Origin: Nemertoderma westbladi
Lineage: Eukaryota; Animalia; Xenacoelomorpha
DNA length: 64,000 bases
Assembly (NCBI GenBank): GCA_032718475.1
Contig: JAUCBJ010007265.1
Location: 5,518 to 69,517, forward strand
Direction: 5' to 3'
The position numbers and the translations under genes were made by a program. The notes under the pieces are model-generated. The model was not told the origin of the DNA, did no database searches, and was given only the letters and a program-made list of their open reading frames with translations. This document shows, in pieces, positions 35,781-47,996 of the stretch. The stretch's first letter is position 1; the number at the start of each line of letters is the position of its first letter.

Positions 35781-36398
35781 TACATCATTGTGTGCAAAGT
35801 AGAACTTTGCAGCGTTATGAACCGATTTTATTTATGTACCGAGCGAGCCCAGCGAGCGAGGTTTACATAAATAAACAAGGGTCTTTAACGCTGAAAAGTG
35901 ACCTTTGCAACCAATGATGTATGTAATTTTGTTACATTATATCAACTTATCAGCGTTCGGTATGTGAAGAAAGGATTTTATGGATACTCATTAATACATT
36001 TTAATCATGTACTAAATATATCGAATATAAGTGAAATTTATTAACAGGTACACAGTATTAATTATACATTTAAATCTAATTAAAGTTTATTGGAAGTTAT
36101 CTCCTGCATGGATGTGATAAATCGTTGATACATATCGACTGAAGCAAACTGAGTCACCGTATGTGTCCGTTCAGTTTTACTGAACACTGTCACCGTATTT
36201 TGTTTGCTCAATTTTCTATAAAATATCTTCCATAGGACGTATGGAATAAAGTCTTACACGTTAAACAATTATTTACATACAGTAGCTAGTCCTGTCACTT
36301 CAAACTCTACGCACGCATTATGAAAAAACGTGCTTCTTTATTGCAGGGTTACGAGTAATTCACCAGAACGTTGTTAAGTTGATATAATGTAACAAAAT
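35781..36398. repeat. Palindromic MITE-like sequences
   Basis: Imperfect ~140-bp palindrome 35781-35921; inverted pair TTTGTTACATTATATCAACTTA (~35928) / TAAGTTGATATAATGTAACAAA (~36374-36395). Confidence 0.6.
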
Positions 36399-36739
36399 AT
36401 CTTCTTTGGTGTTTTGGATCTTACGTTACAATTGCCATTGTTGTGAATTGAAAATACACAACTTATACGCATTTTGCTTTAATCTATATCAATAATATCA
36501 AATAATAAATCAATATTAAATATCAAATACTTGAAGTGCTGTACGTTAGCTACATAGTTCTAATTATCTCCTTAATTCTGGACCATTATTGTATCCTAAC
36601 AGTAATAATAGTAATTAAGTATTAGCGATTAGCGATTAGTTAAAGTTAAAGTATATTATTCAAACTTAGGTCACTTAAGACCCCTGTTGATAGATTACAA
36701 GCACAAGCACAGTTATGGATAATTATTTACCAATTATAC

Positions 36740-39490
36740 TGCACATCAACAATATAGAGCTTATCTATACAATATATTCCAAAATGAAAATAAACAATAT
36801 TGAAGAGCACACAATAAAAAATAAATATAATAAGAAATCGCATTTCAAAGCAAAAATATGTTATGTATTGTTTTCAATCGTAATGTACTGTTATGTACTC
36901 CCTAGTACAGATCCCCTTGCCTTCATTGCATAGAATATATACAATGCTATTCCGAAAACTATGTTATTGTCGACCGCGCACATCAATTTGTTGAATTTGA
37001 AAATGGACGGGTACCGAGAAAAGAACCGACCAAGATAATTACAACGTAAAAAATTATATTTCTCGCATACCAGAAGGAAATGGTACTCGTCCTCCACATC
37101 TCCGTTGCCACAAACAATACAAAGACGTTGATCCCGAGGAATGTTATACCATCTACCGGTTTCGATTGCAAGATAGTGGGAACTACAACGGAAGCGCGGA
37201 AAGGACTGTCTTAGACTCAAATGATTGTGCAGAAGTTGTATATATGAAGATGTCCTGAAGGTTTCCTTAATGTAAAAAAATCCCTTTGGTGATTCGACAA
37301 CATCCTGTCTCCATCTCTGTTTAAATTGATCTCTGATGCGAACTTTTACTGGTGCAAGGAACTGCGTTCTAGACTGTATTAATTCACTCTGGGTGGACCA
37401 CACATTACTGTAACCGAGGCTGTTCAATAAATCTCTCACCTTGGTTGCCCAATTAACTACGGAAGGGTCCTGGACAGAGTCGTCAAGCATCATTGAATAT
37501 GCTCTCTTCAATATACGAGTTTTGGGCAGTGCCACTACCTTCAACCAATACTTAATAATGCTTTGATACCTGCCTGTATAAAGTGGAAACTGTCCAGTCT
37601 CACCATAAACCACGAAATTGGGAGAATTACTGCGGATACGCAAAAAACTTTTTAAAAATTTCAGATTGACGCGTTCTATATCAATTGCTTCTTGGAATCC
37701 CCATACTTCGCTACCGTAGTTTAATAAGTGCATTAAACAAAAATATCGCTACATCAAATGGCAAACATGGATATTTTACAAATAATTTGAGTAATGAAAA
37801 ATAAGCTTTTTGCGCCTTCTCTGCGAGTACCTGTTGCGCAATGTTGAACTTACCAGACGCAGAGAAAGTAATACCTAGATAAGTGTACTGGTTCACTACC
37901 GTCAACTTTGTACCTTTATATGACCACGTATCAGAGTTACATAGTCTACCCCCGTTACGAAATACTACAATATTTGATTTATCAATGTTTACTGAAAGGC
38001 ACCAATAATCACAATACTGTTCTAGAATATTTAATGCACATTGAAGTTCAATTGGACTGTCGGAAATAATAACAATATCATCAGCAAATAACAGTAAATA
38101 CAATTTCAGCACTCCAATAGATATGCCACCGAAACCACCTCTGGATAGTTCTGCTTCGAGGTCATTTATGAACAAACTAAATAATAAAGGTGACAAACTT
38201 TCACCTTGTAGAACTCCTATTATACAATCGTAGGAATCCGACAATAACCCATTTGAACGTACGCAATGTTTTACCGAACTATACATACTCTTAACTATAT
38301 TCAATAATTTACCACCAACACCTAGAGACAGCAATTTAATCCACAAAGCACTTCTGTCTACACTATCGAAAGCTTTTTTCAAGTCAATAAAAGCACAATA
38401 TAGTTTACGTTTCTTGCTATTACCAGATAGAAAATGGTCAATCAGTGACTTTAAGATAAGCATTTGGTCTACAGTCGAGTAACCCGATCTAAACCCACCC
38501 TGTGCGTCGACTATAATGCCAAATGCATCTGCCCACCACTGTAATCGACGATTTAAGAGAGACGTAAATAATTTACTTAAAACGTTTAATAACGTAATAG
38601 GCCTATAGTTCCCGGGATTTAACTTTGCACCTTTTTTAAATAATGGAGTAACAATTCCTATAGACCACTGTGATGGAAAATTACCAGATTCTAGAATAGC
38701 ATTAAACAACATAACAACTGTAGGGACTAAATGATCACAACCCTCAATCAGATGGTGATTTGTTACGTTTAAGGTTATGTATCATTTCTGACACTTCTGG
38801 TTCCGTAAATGGCATTCCCAGATCACGTTCAAAAATTGTTCTAGAATCATTTAGGTTAAAATTATCGGTGGGAGGGGGTATTGGTACGCCTGTATCACAA
38901 AAATTGCACTCGTGGTCGCTTTGGTTCTTATAAAAATCGCGGAATTGTTCAAGTGACGGCTGGGATGCACTATTACTAACTTTGCTACCACCGCACACCC
39001 TTTTTACTTTTTTCCAAAATAGTTTGGCTTCAGAAGTGCGATGAAGTTTCAATTTGGTTGCTTCATCGATATAATGTTCGTATCTGGCTTTACGAAGTGT
39101 TTTCTTATATACCTTACGTTTATTCGACAATAAGGAATATGATTCGCCAGTCCGTAAATTACGCCAATTTTTCAGCGCACTACTGAATTCCAATTTTGCA
39201 CCATTGCAATTATCATTAAACCAAATTGCACGGCAATGCACTTTGGCCTTTGCACTTTGTCCTACTGTTGTAGTAAAATATTCATTGGAAATATCATTAA
39301 AAATATTCGAGAATTTACCAATACATTTATCGATATTGCACTGAGAAAAATCGCACTCATAAATTAAATCGTCCTGCACTTCTTGTAGTTTATGTTGCAC
39401 ATTGGTTGACTGTATAAAGTTATGGTAATCCGCCTTAAATTTATCATTCCACTTGCAACATTGTGGTTGCTCAGGAGTTAGCAACGTAAA
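36740..39490 (-). mobile_element. RTE-X-like LINE, 5'-truncated, ORF2 split by two frameshifts (~38740, ~37720)
   Basis: NYRPITLL, QGGFR, AFIDLKKAFDSV, GVLQGESLSPLLF, FADD, YLG; C-terminal SSHYLAIETGR..RLCIVC..VEDEYHFLLVC. Confidence 0.9.
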
Positions 39491-40779
39491 TAATTAATTG
39501 CACTTCATTCATATCGGAATATTAAATGAAATAAATAGGTAGCTATTATTTTATTCCAAATAAGTACAACTTCTTTGTGTATTACGATGGCCTGGTTCGT
39601 AGACGATATCCCCGGATCAATGAACGGTCGTAGCTGGTCAGGTTTGTCGGTCATTGTTGGACACAATGTATCAGTTGGAGAAAATTTCTGATAATTGTTA
39701 ATTTTTGATTATAATAGACTAACAATGAAGCGAAAAAGAGCAAAAAAATTTTAGCAACGAATAAAATTCACGCGGGAAACGGTTGTACAGTATATGTATT
39801 GCCTGTACATATACAGTGTCATACAGTACATATCTTTGTAGGCCTATTACACTCACCTTCACACTTACCTTCATCGTTGGCTTCCACCGTCCTACCTTAC
39901 TTCTGGCGTTGTTAATGGTGTGCGATTGGACTTGTTTAGATATCTGAGTACAAAGGATATAATTTCTTAAAAAGAAAAACAAAATTTTTTCACTCGTTCC
40001 CATTACATGCCATTTTGTCTAAAAGAATTTTTTTTAATTCGCCACTGACGAGATTCGAACCTGTGGCGAATTCTACATTTTTTCGCGCCAATGGGGTAGA
40101 CGACTCGGAAATTTTTTTTCGAGTTTTCGTTGGTTTCATGTGAAAGAGCATGTGAAAAAACCCCAGAGAGCAATTTTACTTCAAAAAAATTAATATTGGC
40201 CGAGTTATAGCAATTTTAAAACGCAAAATTAGCAACATCGAAAAATCAGGCCGTTTCAGAAAACTGCACGAGTGACGTCAGCCATAACACAGCAACAGTT
40301 GTCAAGCGCTGTTGATTGGCTAATATAAAGTATAATATTGCAGTATCTAAAATAAAACAAATAATAAATGTAGCTATGTATTTATTTGGATGTGTATTTA
40401 TGTTGTGTTAAGAATCGATTATAGGATAGCGGTATGGAGGCAAATTATTCATATCAAGTTAATTATTCTAGAATAATATTTATTTCGCCCATACCTGTAC
40501 CGTAGAACTGTAGCTAAAAATAAATATAGCTAGCTAAATACTGCCAGGCGTTTCATTAATCTATTTTTTAATTGTTTTTACAGCGAACAATGCGGCAATC
40601 GCTCAAAACATAATGTTTTGGGCGATAGGTTTATGTTCTTAACATATTTTGGCTAGTTACATGTGAAAAAAAAATGTTTTAAAGAAAATAAAAACAAATG
40701 TTTGTGGTAGCTATTGTTTTCAATGGTATTTACTGTTTTAATAATGTAGCTAGTGTTTTTATAAAATACCACAAAATCT

Positions 40780-41102
40780 TATTTTTTGATGCCATTTCAG
40801 ATGCCATTAAACCAACGCATGTGGTAGTAGTAAAATGTCCAACATCAAAACATGCCATTCAAAAATCTTATCTTACACAATCGAATATCGTAAGCGCTAA
40901 ATTCATGTCACAAATCCAACTTCAAATGCATCTTTGCAATAAACAATGGGCCTTGTTTAGCATCGCAGATCCATCTTTTGAAATAAATGGCGAAGTGAAA
41001 ATAGTTGAAGTATCATATGATTCCATATACATGCAAAGTTTACTGAAAAGTAGTCGTAGCTTCTGGAAGGAATATATATTTCCCAAAATTGTGAAAAAAT
41101 AG
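40780..41102 (+). pseudogene. YqaJ/lambda-exonuclease-like domain fragment
   Basis: AISDAI...VVVKCP...QIQLQM...D....L.....FWKEYIFP pattern; the catalytic ExK glutamate appears lost. Confidence 0.7.
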
Positions 41103-41244
41103 ATAATTAAAAAATGTAAATTATAGTTATAGTTCAACTAAATTCTGATTAATGCTGATTGTATTGAGATGGCAGCTGAAGATATTTTTACTACGTCATC
41201 CATTACAGCTACATGGACTAACTATGTCCACTTACTACTACTTA

Positions 41245-41745
41245 GGCCCCCCTCACACGGAGCAACTTGTTTCTGAAACTTGTTGCTGGACCCCCTCACA
41301 CACAGAAACTTGTTGCTGCAACTTGTTTCCGAAACTTGTTTCTGTGTGTGAGGACTCCAGCAACAAGTTTCTGCAACTTGTTTCCGCAACTTATTTCTGT
41401 GTGTGAGGGAGTCCAGCAACAAGTTGCTGGAAGTTAAATTCCCAGCAACTTTTTGAAAAACTTTTATTACATTCCATTTTGATACTAGCTAATATTAGAT
41501 AATTTGAGTGATGTGATATTATATACAAATGACTGGACATGTTAGCTATTTATTTGGAAATAATTGTTATTTTCTTCAGCAACAAGTTTCTGTGTGTGAG
41601 GGGGTCCAGCAACAAGTTGCAGAAACAAGTTTCGGAAACAAGTTGCTGAAACAATTTGCAGCAACAAGTTTATGTGTGTGAGGGGGTCCAGCAACAAGTT
41701 TCAGAAACAAGTTGCAGAAACAAGTTGCTCCGTGTGAGGGGGGCC
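41245..41745. mobile_element. PIF/Harbinger-type MITE
   Basis: TIR GGCCCCCCTCACACGGAGCAACTTGTTTC / GAAACAAGTTGCTCCGTGTGAGGGGGGCC; flanked by TTA and TAA; internal AACTTGTT subrepeats. Confidence 0.85.
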
Positions 41746-43660
41746 TAATAAGTGCCAATCCACAATTTAATCCAAAGTAATCTGAGTTTTGAAGCTGAAT
41801 AAAACATCAATAAGCTACTGGATTTCTACCACCTGGCAGTTTTAGCTACAAAATATGTTTTATTTTTATAGCTAACAACTGTACGGTTTGGGAGAAATAA
41901 ATATTATTCTGGAATAATTAACTTGTCGTGAATCAATTTCCACATTAAGATATCAAATAATGTATTCTTAACACAACACAAAAACACACTAAATAAATAT
42001 TAGCTGCACAATTTATTTTAGTTACTAAGAGATTTATATTGTATAGTAACCAATGAACATTTACTGCTGCACTAGTGACGTCACTAGTGCAGTTTTCTGA
42101 AACGGCCTGATTTTTCGATGTTGCTAATTTTGCGTTTTAAAATCGCTATAACTCGGCCAATATTAATTTTTTTTAAGTAAAATTGCTCTCTGGGGTTTTT
42201 TCACATGCTCGTTCACATGAAACCAACGAAAACTCGAACAAAATTTTCCGAGTCGTCTACCCCATTGCCATAATGTTGTTCATTCGCATTTAATCTATAC
42301 AGTATGAAGGAAAGATATTATTAAGTAGATATAAATGGCATCGTGTTCAATATGCTATTGAAAATTAATAGTTAGGTCGCTTAACAAGTTAATGTGGACA
42401 AACTTCCTATAATTGGCATAGGTGTAGGTAATTACCATACCTTTAATTATTTAAGGGGAACCAACTTTGCCAATTTTTGTCGTTTTTGAAACTCATGATT
42501 TATCGGTCCCATATTACCATGACAACAGGAGGTCATTTACAAAAGTCCACTTTCCAATAAAGCTACAGTCTTCTTATAACCTTGACCTACCCTCCACATA
42601 TCAAAATCAGAGATTCCATTGACGTCATTTGTAACACCCGGTTGCCATGGCAACTGTTTCAAAAACGACTTTCAAACGCCGATTTTCAGTAAATATCCGA
42701 AAAATATAAAACCATTGATTAATAATTGTTACACATTTGGAAAAATCATCTAAAATTATAAATATATTATCCATGAGACACTCTTGATTTCTACTAGTGG
42801 ACCAATTTAAATAGACCTGTGGTAGTCCTGTAACCATGGTCACAAGTCACTAAATATATTCTGCCAAATTTAATATAGTTCCGAACTATCTAAAAAAAAT
42901 TCAATTTTGGATCTAGTGTCTTAGATGTTGCCAAGTCCAGACAATTACTTTCCGACCATTCAAGTTTGCCTATGTTGCCATGGTAAAAAAAATAAAAACA
43001 TGTTCAATATACTTCAACTTTGTTCATATCCACATACCTTAGTACCTCATTACATAGTAGAGGTCTATGACCTCTAGCACAGTCAATATAGTTACCATAG
43101 CAACGGGTATGTTTCATTATTATGTACTTCCGCTTTCTTGTTTTTTCTTATTTTCATATTTAGAAGGTAACAATTTTCTTGATTTGAAAAATATATATAT
43201 GGGGTCTATCATAGCTATTTTTTAAATGTAAATAATTACTCATGACCATAGCAAAGGGAGATCTCCCTCTTTTACACTAATTGCTAGGTGAAATTTCTCC
43301 AAATTTTGTGAAATATGAACACTGAAGTATAGAAACATATTATGGACAAAAATTTCAAAATTAATTTATGTTTACTTACTATACTTGCATAGCAACATAG
43401 CTTTTCCATAGCAACCATAAACTTTTTCATGGTATTCTAAGCAAAAACATGTTTCCTGCATCAGTATAATGATTTCCATAGCAACGGTAAGTTTTACATA
43501 GCAACAACAAATTTACCATAGCAACCTGAAACATATCTTAGCAACGGAGCGGTTTTGACATAAATTACAAGTTTTTTACTTGAGTGTTACATATGAGAGG
43601 AAATACATCCTTAGCAACAGCGATTTTTGCATAGCTTCGAGGAATTTTGCAACCCTCCTG

Positions 43661-44560
43661 ACTACTACTACTAGGTCGAGCGAACTCGGACAGTGGAAAT
43701 GAGATCCTTCCAGGCTTCCCGATTCTCCATAGTTGTCGCAATTTCGTTTCTCCCAAGTTCAGTATCCCTTTCAAGTTGATCTATATATGTTATGGCAGGT
43801 CGTCCACGACTACGCTTTCCATGAGTTGGTTGCCAGAAAAGTAGATCTGGTATAACCTCGTCTTTACTTCGCCAGCAGTGCCCACTGAATCTTAATCTGC
43901 GTTCACGGAGGGTGGTTGATACAGGTGGTATTGTACCATAAAGCTCGGCGTTTGTCATGTGTTGTCTCCAGCTGATGTTTAGGGCTGCCCTTAGTAGACT
44001 TGTGTAGCAACCATCAATTCGTTGTTCAAGTGATTTAGTCAGTGTCCAGGTCTCACCCCCGTATAAAAATACACTTTCCACTGTGGCTCGAAAGAACTTG
44101 GTCTTCAGGTGCCTGGAGAGATCTGATTTCCAGATGGTATCCATTTTTGATAGAGCTACCCAAGCCTTTGCTTTCCTAACTTCTATGTCCTTTTTGCTAC
44201 TCTCTATACATGATCCAAGGTACTGGAAGTCGTCGACCTTCCTTAGTTGATTATTATCAATGGTTGTCAAGTTTCCATCAACATTAAAGGTCATGAATTC
44301 GGTCTTGGTAGCATTTATATGCAATCCAACCTCCTTAGCAGCCCTCTCCACTTTATTTAGTAGAAGCTGTGCATCTGCTAGCGTATTAGAGAGCAGGGCG
44401 ATGTCATCCGCAAAGTCGGTGTCTGTGACTGTAGTTGCCGGATATCTACTACTTCTGCGTTCTTGAAGTGTGAATCCCAGATCTTCACCCTTTGTGGCCG
44501 TCCTCATTGCGTAATCCAGCACAATTACAAATAGTAATGGTGCTAATGTGTCACCTTACC
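43661..44560 (-). mobile_element. RTE-clade LINE, 5'-truncated, intact 3' ORF with (TAG)n tail
   Basis: GDTLAPLLFVIVLDY, DTDFADD, FQYLGS, LYGGETW, RLRFSGHCWR, RSRGRP; the stop codon is the first TAG of the tail. Confidence 0.92.
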
Positions 44561-45561
44561 CTCCTGTACCAAACCCTCCTGAAGGTAAAGAAATTGTCAT
44601 CACATCTGGTGAAGCAACTGTTATTCAGGGATCCACCCATTCAAAGCCAAGCTGTGACCATGAGGAAGCTGACACCAGGCTTATTATCCATTTACAGGAT
44701 GCTATTACCAATGGTTATGCAAATTGTTTGGAATTGTTTGGTGCGAACTGTAGATACTGATGTACTGGTTCTTTTAATCGGGAAGTTTCATCACCTGGCA
44801 GATTTAGATCGAAGAGTTGATCTTTGGGTAGCATTTGGCACAGGCAAGCACTTCAATTATTATAACATCAATAGTGCGTTTGAAACCTTAGGTCAATATT
44901 AGTCAAGTACTACAATATTAGTGCGGAATGCCTCGACGGTCGAAACGTTTAACTCTCGTCTAAAAACCCACCTGTTTCGATTGGAGTATTCTACAGACTA
45001 ATCTTTATTTTAATTTTTAATTTCACTGTTCCACAATTAAGTTTACTCAAAACTTATTTTTACTGTACTAACTATATATATATTTTTAAGATACTTTAAG
45101 TTGGTTTTTATCATTGCGCCCTGAACAACTTGTACTAACTGATAGGACGCGTTATAAATAAAATATTATTATTATTATTATTAAGTATTGGAAAGGATCA
45201 CGGTTGTAATTTAGGATAAGACCAGTGAATTACAACATGTGAACGAATTAAGGAAGGTCCACTTTTGCCAAAAGAATAGAACATTAGAGACTATACCTCC
45301 AACCCATATGCACTGATGCAACATATAAAGCGAGCTGCCTACCAGGCAGGAATGTGGTGTACCAGCGATAAGAGTGACCAATGGGTACCAGCGCCAGATA
45401 GCTTTGGATGGTCACTTTATGATGAAACACAATCTTGGAATCCTGTCTGGAATATACTTCCAATTGCTTCCAAAGCATGCAAGGAATTAGTGAAGTGTGC
45501 TTGCCAGAGTAAGAAAGGGTGTGGCACAAGATGTGTTTGCAAAATTGCAAATTGGAAGTGA
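44560..45561 (+). pseudogene. Academ XPG-like nuclease and Cys-rich C-terminal remnants
   Basis: CDHEEADTRLIIH, RTVDTDVLVLL, LWVAFGTGK; PPT..L.QHIKRAAYQAGMW..GW..CKELVKCAC..KGC..RCVC. Confidence 0.8.
44920..45183 (+). mobile_element. L2/CR1-type LINE 3' end with (TTA)n tail
   Basis: RNASTVETFNSRLKTHLF, then AATAAA and a TATTATTATT tail. Confidence 0.7.
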
Positions 45562-47996
45562 ACTTTGCAAATGTCAATGCGAAAAACTTTAATAGATTTA
45601 TTAATTGTTATCTAGCTATATATACACTACGTTGCTTTGATAAATTCCAATAAATACCAAATTCGTCGTAGTTGTGCAAAAATCTACCAAATCAGAGCAA
45701 AATTCCTCGTAGCTATGCAAAAATCGCTGTTGCTAAGGATGTATTGCCTCTCATATGAAACACTCTAAGAAAAAACTTGTTCTTGCTGTCAAAAACGCTC
45801 CGCTGTTAAGATATGTTCCAGGTTACTATGGTAAATTCGTCGTTGCTATGTAAAACTTTCCGTTGCCATGAAAAACCCGCCGTTGCTATGGAAAGCATTA
45901 TACTCATGCAGGAAACTTGTTTTTGCTTAGAATACCATGAAAAACTTTATGGTTGCTATGGAAAAGCTATGTCGCTATGCAAGTATAGTAAGTTAACATA
46001 AATTAATTTTGAAATTTTTGTCCATAATATGTTTCTATATACTTCAGTGTTCATATTTCACAAAATTTGGAGAAATTCCCCCTAGCAATTAGTGTATAAG
46101 AGGGAAATCTCCCGTTGCTATGGTCATGAGTAATTATTTACATTTAAAAAATAGCTATGATAGACCCCATATATATATTTTTCATATCAATAAATTATTA
46201 CCTTCTAAATATGAAAATATTAAAAAATAAGAAAGCGGAAGTGCATAAATGATGAAACATACCCATTGCTATGGTAACTATATTTGACTGTGCTAGAGGT
46301 CATAGACCTCTACTGTGTAATGAGGAACTAAGGTATGTGCATATCATCAAAGTTGAAGTAAACTGAACATGTTTTCTTCAATATTTTTTCCCCATTCCGA
46401 ATGTTATCGGTTACCATGGCAACATAGACAAACTTGAATGGTCGGAAAGTAATTGTCTGGACTTGGCAACATCTCAGACACTAGATCCAAAATTGAATTT
46501 TTTTTAGATAGTTTGGAACTATATTAAATTTGGCAGAATATATTTAGTGACTTGTGACCATGGTTACAGGACTACCACAGGTTTATTTAAATAGGTCCAC
46601 TTCTAGAAATCAAGAGTGTCTCAGGGATAATATATTTATAATTTTAGATGATTTTTCCAAATGTGTAACAATTATTAATCAATAGTTTTATATTTTTCGG
46701 ATATTTACTTAAAATCGGCTTCTGAAACTCGTTTTTGAAATAGTTGCCATGGCAACCGGAGTTTACAAATGACGTCAATGGAATCGCTGATGCTGATATA
46801 TGGGGGGTAGGTCAAGGTTAGAAGACTGTAGCTTTATTGGAAAGTAGACTATTGTAAATGACCTCCTGTTGTCATGGTAATATGGGACCGATAAATCATG
46901 TTGCAAAGTTGGTTCCCCTTAAAAAATTAAAGGTATGATAATTACCTACACCTATGCCAATTATGGGAAGTTTGTCCAGAACGTCCACATTAACCTTATT
47001 TTTGAGGTTAAGCGACCTGACTATAATGTATATTGTTGGACATAATGTATCAGGTGCAGGTATTACTTCGAAGTTTATGTGGTCATTAGAAGCTCGTTGC
47101 TATGGAAATTTCACCTGTTTCTATGCAAAAAATAAAATGAATATATATGCATTATAATTGTTCCGCGTGGTCCATGTAGTTGGTCTTGACGTCGATTCGA
47201 AGTGATGCAACCAGTGAAAGGACCGTTGCCATGGACATTGTCGAAGTTGCTATATTTGCGTCTCCTGGTTACTATATAAATAAAAAAATGTTCTTCACCA
47301 GTAAACTAGTTACATCTGAAACACCGACAAGCTATCATTTCGCAGCGACAAGTATTACATGACAACCGTAGCTAAGCAGATTGTCTCCGTTTCTTTGTTT
47401 TTGGGTCTGTAAAGAATTTTCCAAACAGTTAAATTTTTGAGGGATTTTTCTTAACGAATGCTCAACCAACTGCTTCAGTAAAACCAACAATGTTTTAAAT
47501 CGTAATTTGTTGCAAAAATTATACCTCGCACAACCTATTACCACTGCATTGGATTAATAATGTATTGGAAATTCATCCTCAGGTGAGAGGCATTTAAAAT
47601 ATATGACTAAAAATTCGTACACATTCAGTTAAGTATTTCCTTATCTATCCAAAATTTATACAATTTCTTTGTCATCTTGCAAAAAGAATATTACTATTTT
47701 AATTCTTTACCGGTCGGTAGCTAGCTAATTACCCAGTACGCATCGGATTATATCATCAGTTATATTTAATCAAAATACCACACAGAAATATTTAACTGTT
47801 TTGGAAACAGGAAATAGCTAACATTCTAGAACATTTTAATATCTTTATCAAGATTTAGAACCATTCATTGCTACTGTATAAACTGTATAAGATATTTGAA
47901 GTACAGTAGCCTACTAACTGAGGACAGATGATAAACCTAGTACAGCATTTTATGTCGTTTTGATTAAAATAATTTGGTACGGTATAACTATCTATA

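Larger units (their letters stand above)
40093..42263. mobile_element. ISL2EU-like non-autonomous DNA transposon
   Basis: TIRs GGGGTAGACGACTCGGAAA / TTTCCGAGTCGTCTACCCC (near-perfect ~190 bp, imperfect to ~460 bp); AT on both flanks; internal YqaJ-like fragment. Confidence 0.75.
42369..47023 (+). mobile_element. Academ (AcademX-type) DNA transposon, internally deleted, ~1.3-kb TIRs
   Basis: Termini TAG...CTA with 3-bp TAA duplication (42366-68 / 47024-26); TIRs 42369-~43650 and ~45697-47023; XPG-like and Cys-rich coding remnants. Confidence 0.85.

Noticed and set aside
40025-40075. Second hammerhead (CTGACGA) in a TTCGCCAC/GTGGCGAA hairpin
   Set aside because: No stem II or GAAA; better read as a tRNA T-arm-like fragment on the minus strand.
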